This document shows positions 61,740-64,000 of a stretch of 64,000 bases of DNA, in pieces (position 1 is the first letter of the stretch; every line of letters begins with the position of its first letter). Under the pieces are notes generated by a model. The model worked only from the letters and a program-made list of their open reading frames with translations, did no database searches and was not told the origin of the DNA. This DNA is from Centroscyllium fabricii (Eukaryota): contig JBNRSN020000029.1 in NCBI GenBank assembly GCA_051313645.2, forward strand, positions 21,266,001 to 21,330,000. The letters run 5' to 3'. The position numbers and the translations under genes are program-made.

Positions 61740-62532
61740 ATAAGATAAGATAAGATTCAATTTATTGTCATTGTAAAGTGAACATACACAAAACAACGAA
61801 ATGCAAACATGCAATCTCCCAAATTATTAAATGTCCTTGGTCCCAGTCTGATCCATTCCAGGCCACGCAGGCCCGGGCGCTGCAGCCACGATGCAGCTCC
61901 CCTCAGCCCGACGGCCACAGCTCCCCGAGGCCCTGACTCTCCGAGGGCCCGACGGCCACGGCTCCACGAGGCCCCGACTCTCCGAGGGCCCGACGGCCAC
62001 AGCTCCCCGAGGCCCCGACTCTCCGAGGGCCCGACGGCCACAGCTCCCCGACTCTCCGAGGGCCCGACAGCCACAGCTCCCCGAGGCCCCGACTCTCCGA
62101 GGGCCCGACGGCCACAGCTCCCCGACTCTCCGAGGGCCCGACAGCCACAGCTCCCCGAGGCCCTGACTCTCCGAGGGCCCGACAGCCACAGTTCCCCGAG
62201 GCCCCGACTCTCCGAGGGCCCGACGGCCACAGCTCCCCGAGGCCCCGACTCTCCGAGGGCCCGACGGCCACAGCTCCCCGACTCTCCGAGGGCCCGACAG
62301 CCACAGCTCCCCGAGGCCCCGACTCTCCGAGGGCCCGACGGCCACAGCTCCCCGACTCTCCGAGGCCCGACGGCCACAGCTCCCGGCGGCTTGTTCAGCA
62401 CCGGTGCCCCGATTGAGGAGCACCGGTGCTCCACTCCACCGACCCCGCCGTCCTCTCCAGGAACAGTACGGGACCAGGGACACTAAACTCGGGAGACGCA
62501 AAGCAGCTGCTTCTAGCGCGCCGCCATCTTGG
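61740..62532 (-). mobile_element. Non-coding composite retroposon with internal GC-rich VNTR, inserted in Gypsy pol
   Basis: Pol reads YNYDIL on the left and resumes ..RGKLNEPPDDLSRG on the right. The minus strand begins CCAAGATGGCGGCGC and ends AATAAATTGA(ATCTT)n. Confidence 0.8.
61902..62384. repeat. Minisatellite of 41-bp and 33-bp units, about 13 copies
   Basis: GAGGGCCCGAC starts at 61943, 61984, 62025, 62058, 62099, 62132, 62173, 62214, 62255, 62288, 62329 and 62362 (last copy one G short). Confidence 0.96.
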
Positions 62533-63936
62533 TCCGGCGTGGTAAGCTCAATGAGCCCCCAGACGACCTCTCCCGGGGAACATGTGCCAGCGGGCAGGTG
62601 GATCGACTGCGGTCCCTCCACAATGACCTCTGCCAACCGGGCGTCACCCGGTTCTTCCATTTTGTCAAGGCCCGCAACCTGCCTTACTCCATTGAGGAGG
62701 TCAGGACATTGACTAGTGACTGCCAGGTCTGCGCTGAGTGCAAACCGCACTTTTACAGGCCAGACAGGGCACAACTGATCAAGGCCACCAGTCCCTTGAG
62801 CGCCTCAGCATTGATTTCAAGGGAGCCCTCCCCTCCCCCGACCGCAATGTGTACTTTCTCACCATTATTGATGAGTACTCACAGTTCTCCTTCGCCGTTT
62901 CCTGCCCTGACATGACCTCGGCCACGGTCATCAAGGCCCTGCACAATCGCTTCGCCCTGTTCGGGTTCCCCAGCTACATCCATAGCGACTGGGGTTCCTC
63001 ATTTATGAGCGACGAGCTGCGACAGTACCTGCTCGCTAGAGGAGTCGCCATGAGCAGGACTACCAGCTACAACCCCCGGGGGAACGGACAGGTGGAGAGG
63101 GAGAACGCTACAGTCTGGAAGACCACTCTGCTAGGCCTAAAGTCCAGGGGGCTTCTGGTCTCTCGCTGGCAAGACGCTCTCCCGGATGCCATAAACGCCA
63201 CCCCTCATGAAAAAATGTTTGTCTTCCGCTGGAAGTCCACATCGGGGACATCACTCCCATCTTGGCTGACATCCCCGGGGTCATCTTGCTCCGGAAACAC
63301 GTCAGGGGCCATAAGACGGACCCCCTCGTCAAAAGAGTCCAACTCCTCCACGGAAACCCCGAATACGCCTACATTGTGTATCCGGACGGGCGGGAGGACA
63401 CCATTTCTATTAGGGACCTCGCCCCCTCGGGTGCCCCCGATGCTGCCGAACCCCGCCACCCCCCCTTTTGCAACCCACCACCCCCCGGGAGGCACCTGCA
63501 TCTGATCTTTCTCCCCTAGCACCTGTACACTGCGCGCCGGATCCAAGGACCCAGCCGCCGACCACCGACTGCTCCCGTGCGGACGAAGACATGGAACCAG
63601 CACCACAGCTGTAGCCATGACAATCACAGAGGCATAATAGACCTCCTGTAAGACTCATGTACACTTCACTTTGTCTCACTCCACCCCACTGGACTCATTT
63701 TTAAAGAAGGGGTGAATCTGGGGAACCCCTGTTGTATATATATGCCTGTGTGTATACATGCCCGGGCATGCTTTAAGCTGACTCTGCCCCTAGCCTACCT
63801 GATAAAGGCCCGAGCTCTGGGAGCCTGGCCCAGTTCAAGGAGTTGCCGGTGAGTCTAAGGATGTCCAGGGTTCTTAGTGAATAAAAGCCTCAGTTGTATT
63901 CTCAACCTCACCGCGAGTATAATTGATCGTGCATCA

Positions 63937-64000
63937 CACAGAAGATAGGAGCAGCAGTAGGCCATTCGGCCCTTCGAGCCTGCTCTGCCATTTTGAAGAG
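63937..64000 (-). mobile_element. SINE/CR1 3' tail split by the Gypsy insertion (remainder at 58890-58910)
   Basis: (CACAGAAA)n lies left of the provirus and continues on the right as CACAGAAGATAGGAGCAG..GGCCATTCGGCCCTTCGAGCCTGCTCTGCCATTTTGA, the same tail as at 26644. Confidence 0.85.

Larger units (their letters stand above)
58911..63936 (+). mobile_element. Full-length Gypsy provirus (gag-pro-RT-RNaseH-IN), frameshifted
   Basis: 220-bp LTRs at 58911-59130 and 63717-63936 (25 mismatches by eye, ~89% identical). TSD CACAG on both sides. PPT AAAGAAGGGGTGAA at 63703-63716. RT SPWRAQVVVV, IDLKSAYHQ, PFGVTN and YLDN; RNase H ESDASD and TDQRS; IN IDFKG, HSDWG and GQVER. Confidence 0.97.

Noticed and set aside
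61757-62774. Long ORFs of 225-315 aa on both strands
   Set aside because: They arise from the stop-poor GC-rich VNTR and have no domain content.

Overview
This is eukaryotic, repeat-dominated DNA, most consistent with a cartilaginous fish (shark-like). The basis for that is HE1-type V-SINEs, a Deu-domain SINE, CR1 LINEs and a GPR139-like receptor of the kind expanded in sharks; all family calls come from motif recognition, not database searches. About half the window (1473-25843 and 51815-58890) is a G-rich 22-bp satellite with nested higher-order repeats. Between the two satellite blocks lies a ~26-kb island holding one two-exon GPCR gene (minus strand, apparent GTG start), a CCAAT/CpG-rich promoter-like patch, three tRNA-Trp-primed Gypsy elements, Penelope fragments with degenerate hammerhead motifs, a Harbinger transposon and many CR1/SINE pieces. 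The window ends with a full-length Gypsy provirus that has no tRNA PBS; the PBS position is instead complementary over 15 nt to its own LTR poly(A)-signal region, suggesting self-priming. That provirus carries an inserted VNTR-containing non-coding retroposon. There is no CRISPR array, rRNA or bona fide tRNA gene. Boundaries were read by eye and are approximate except where termini motifs are quoted.
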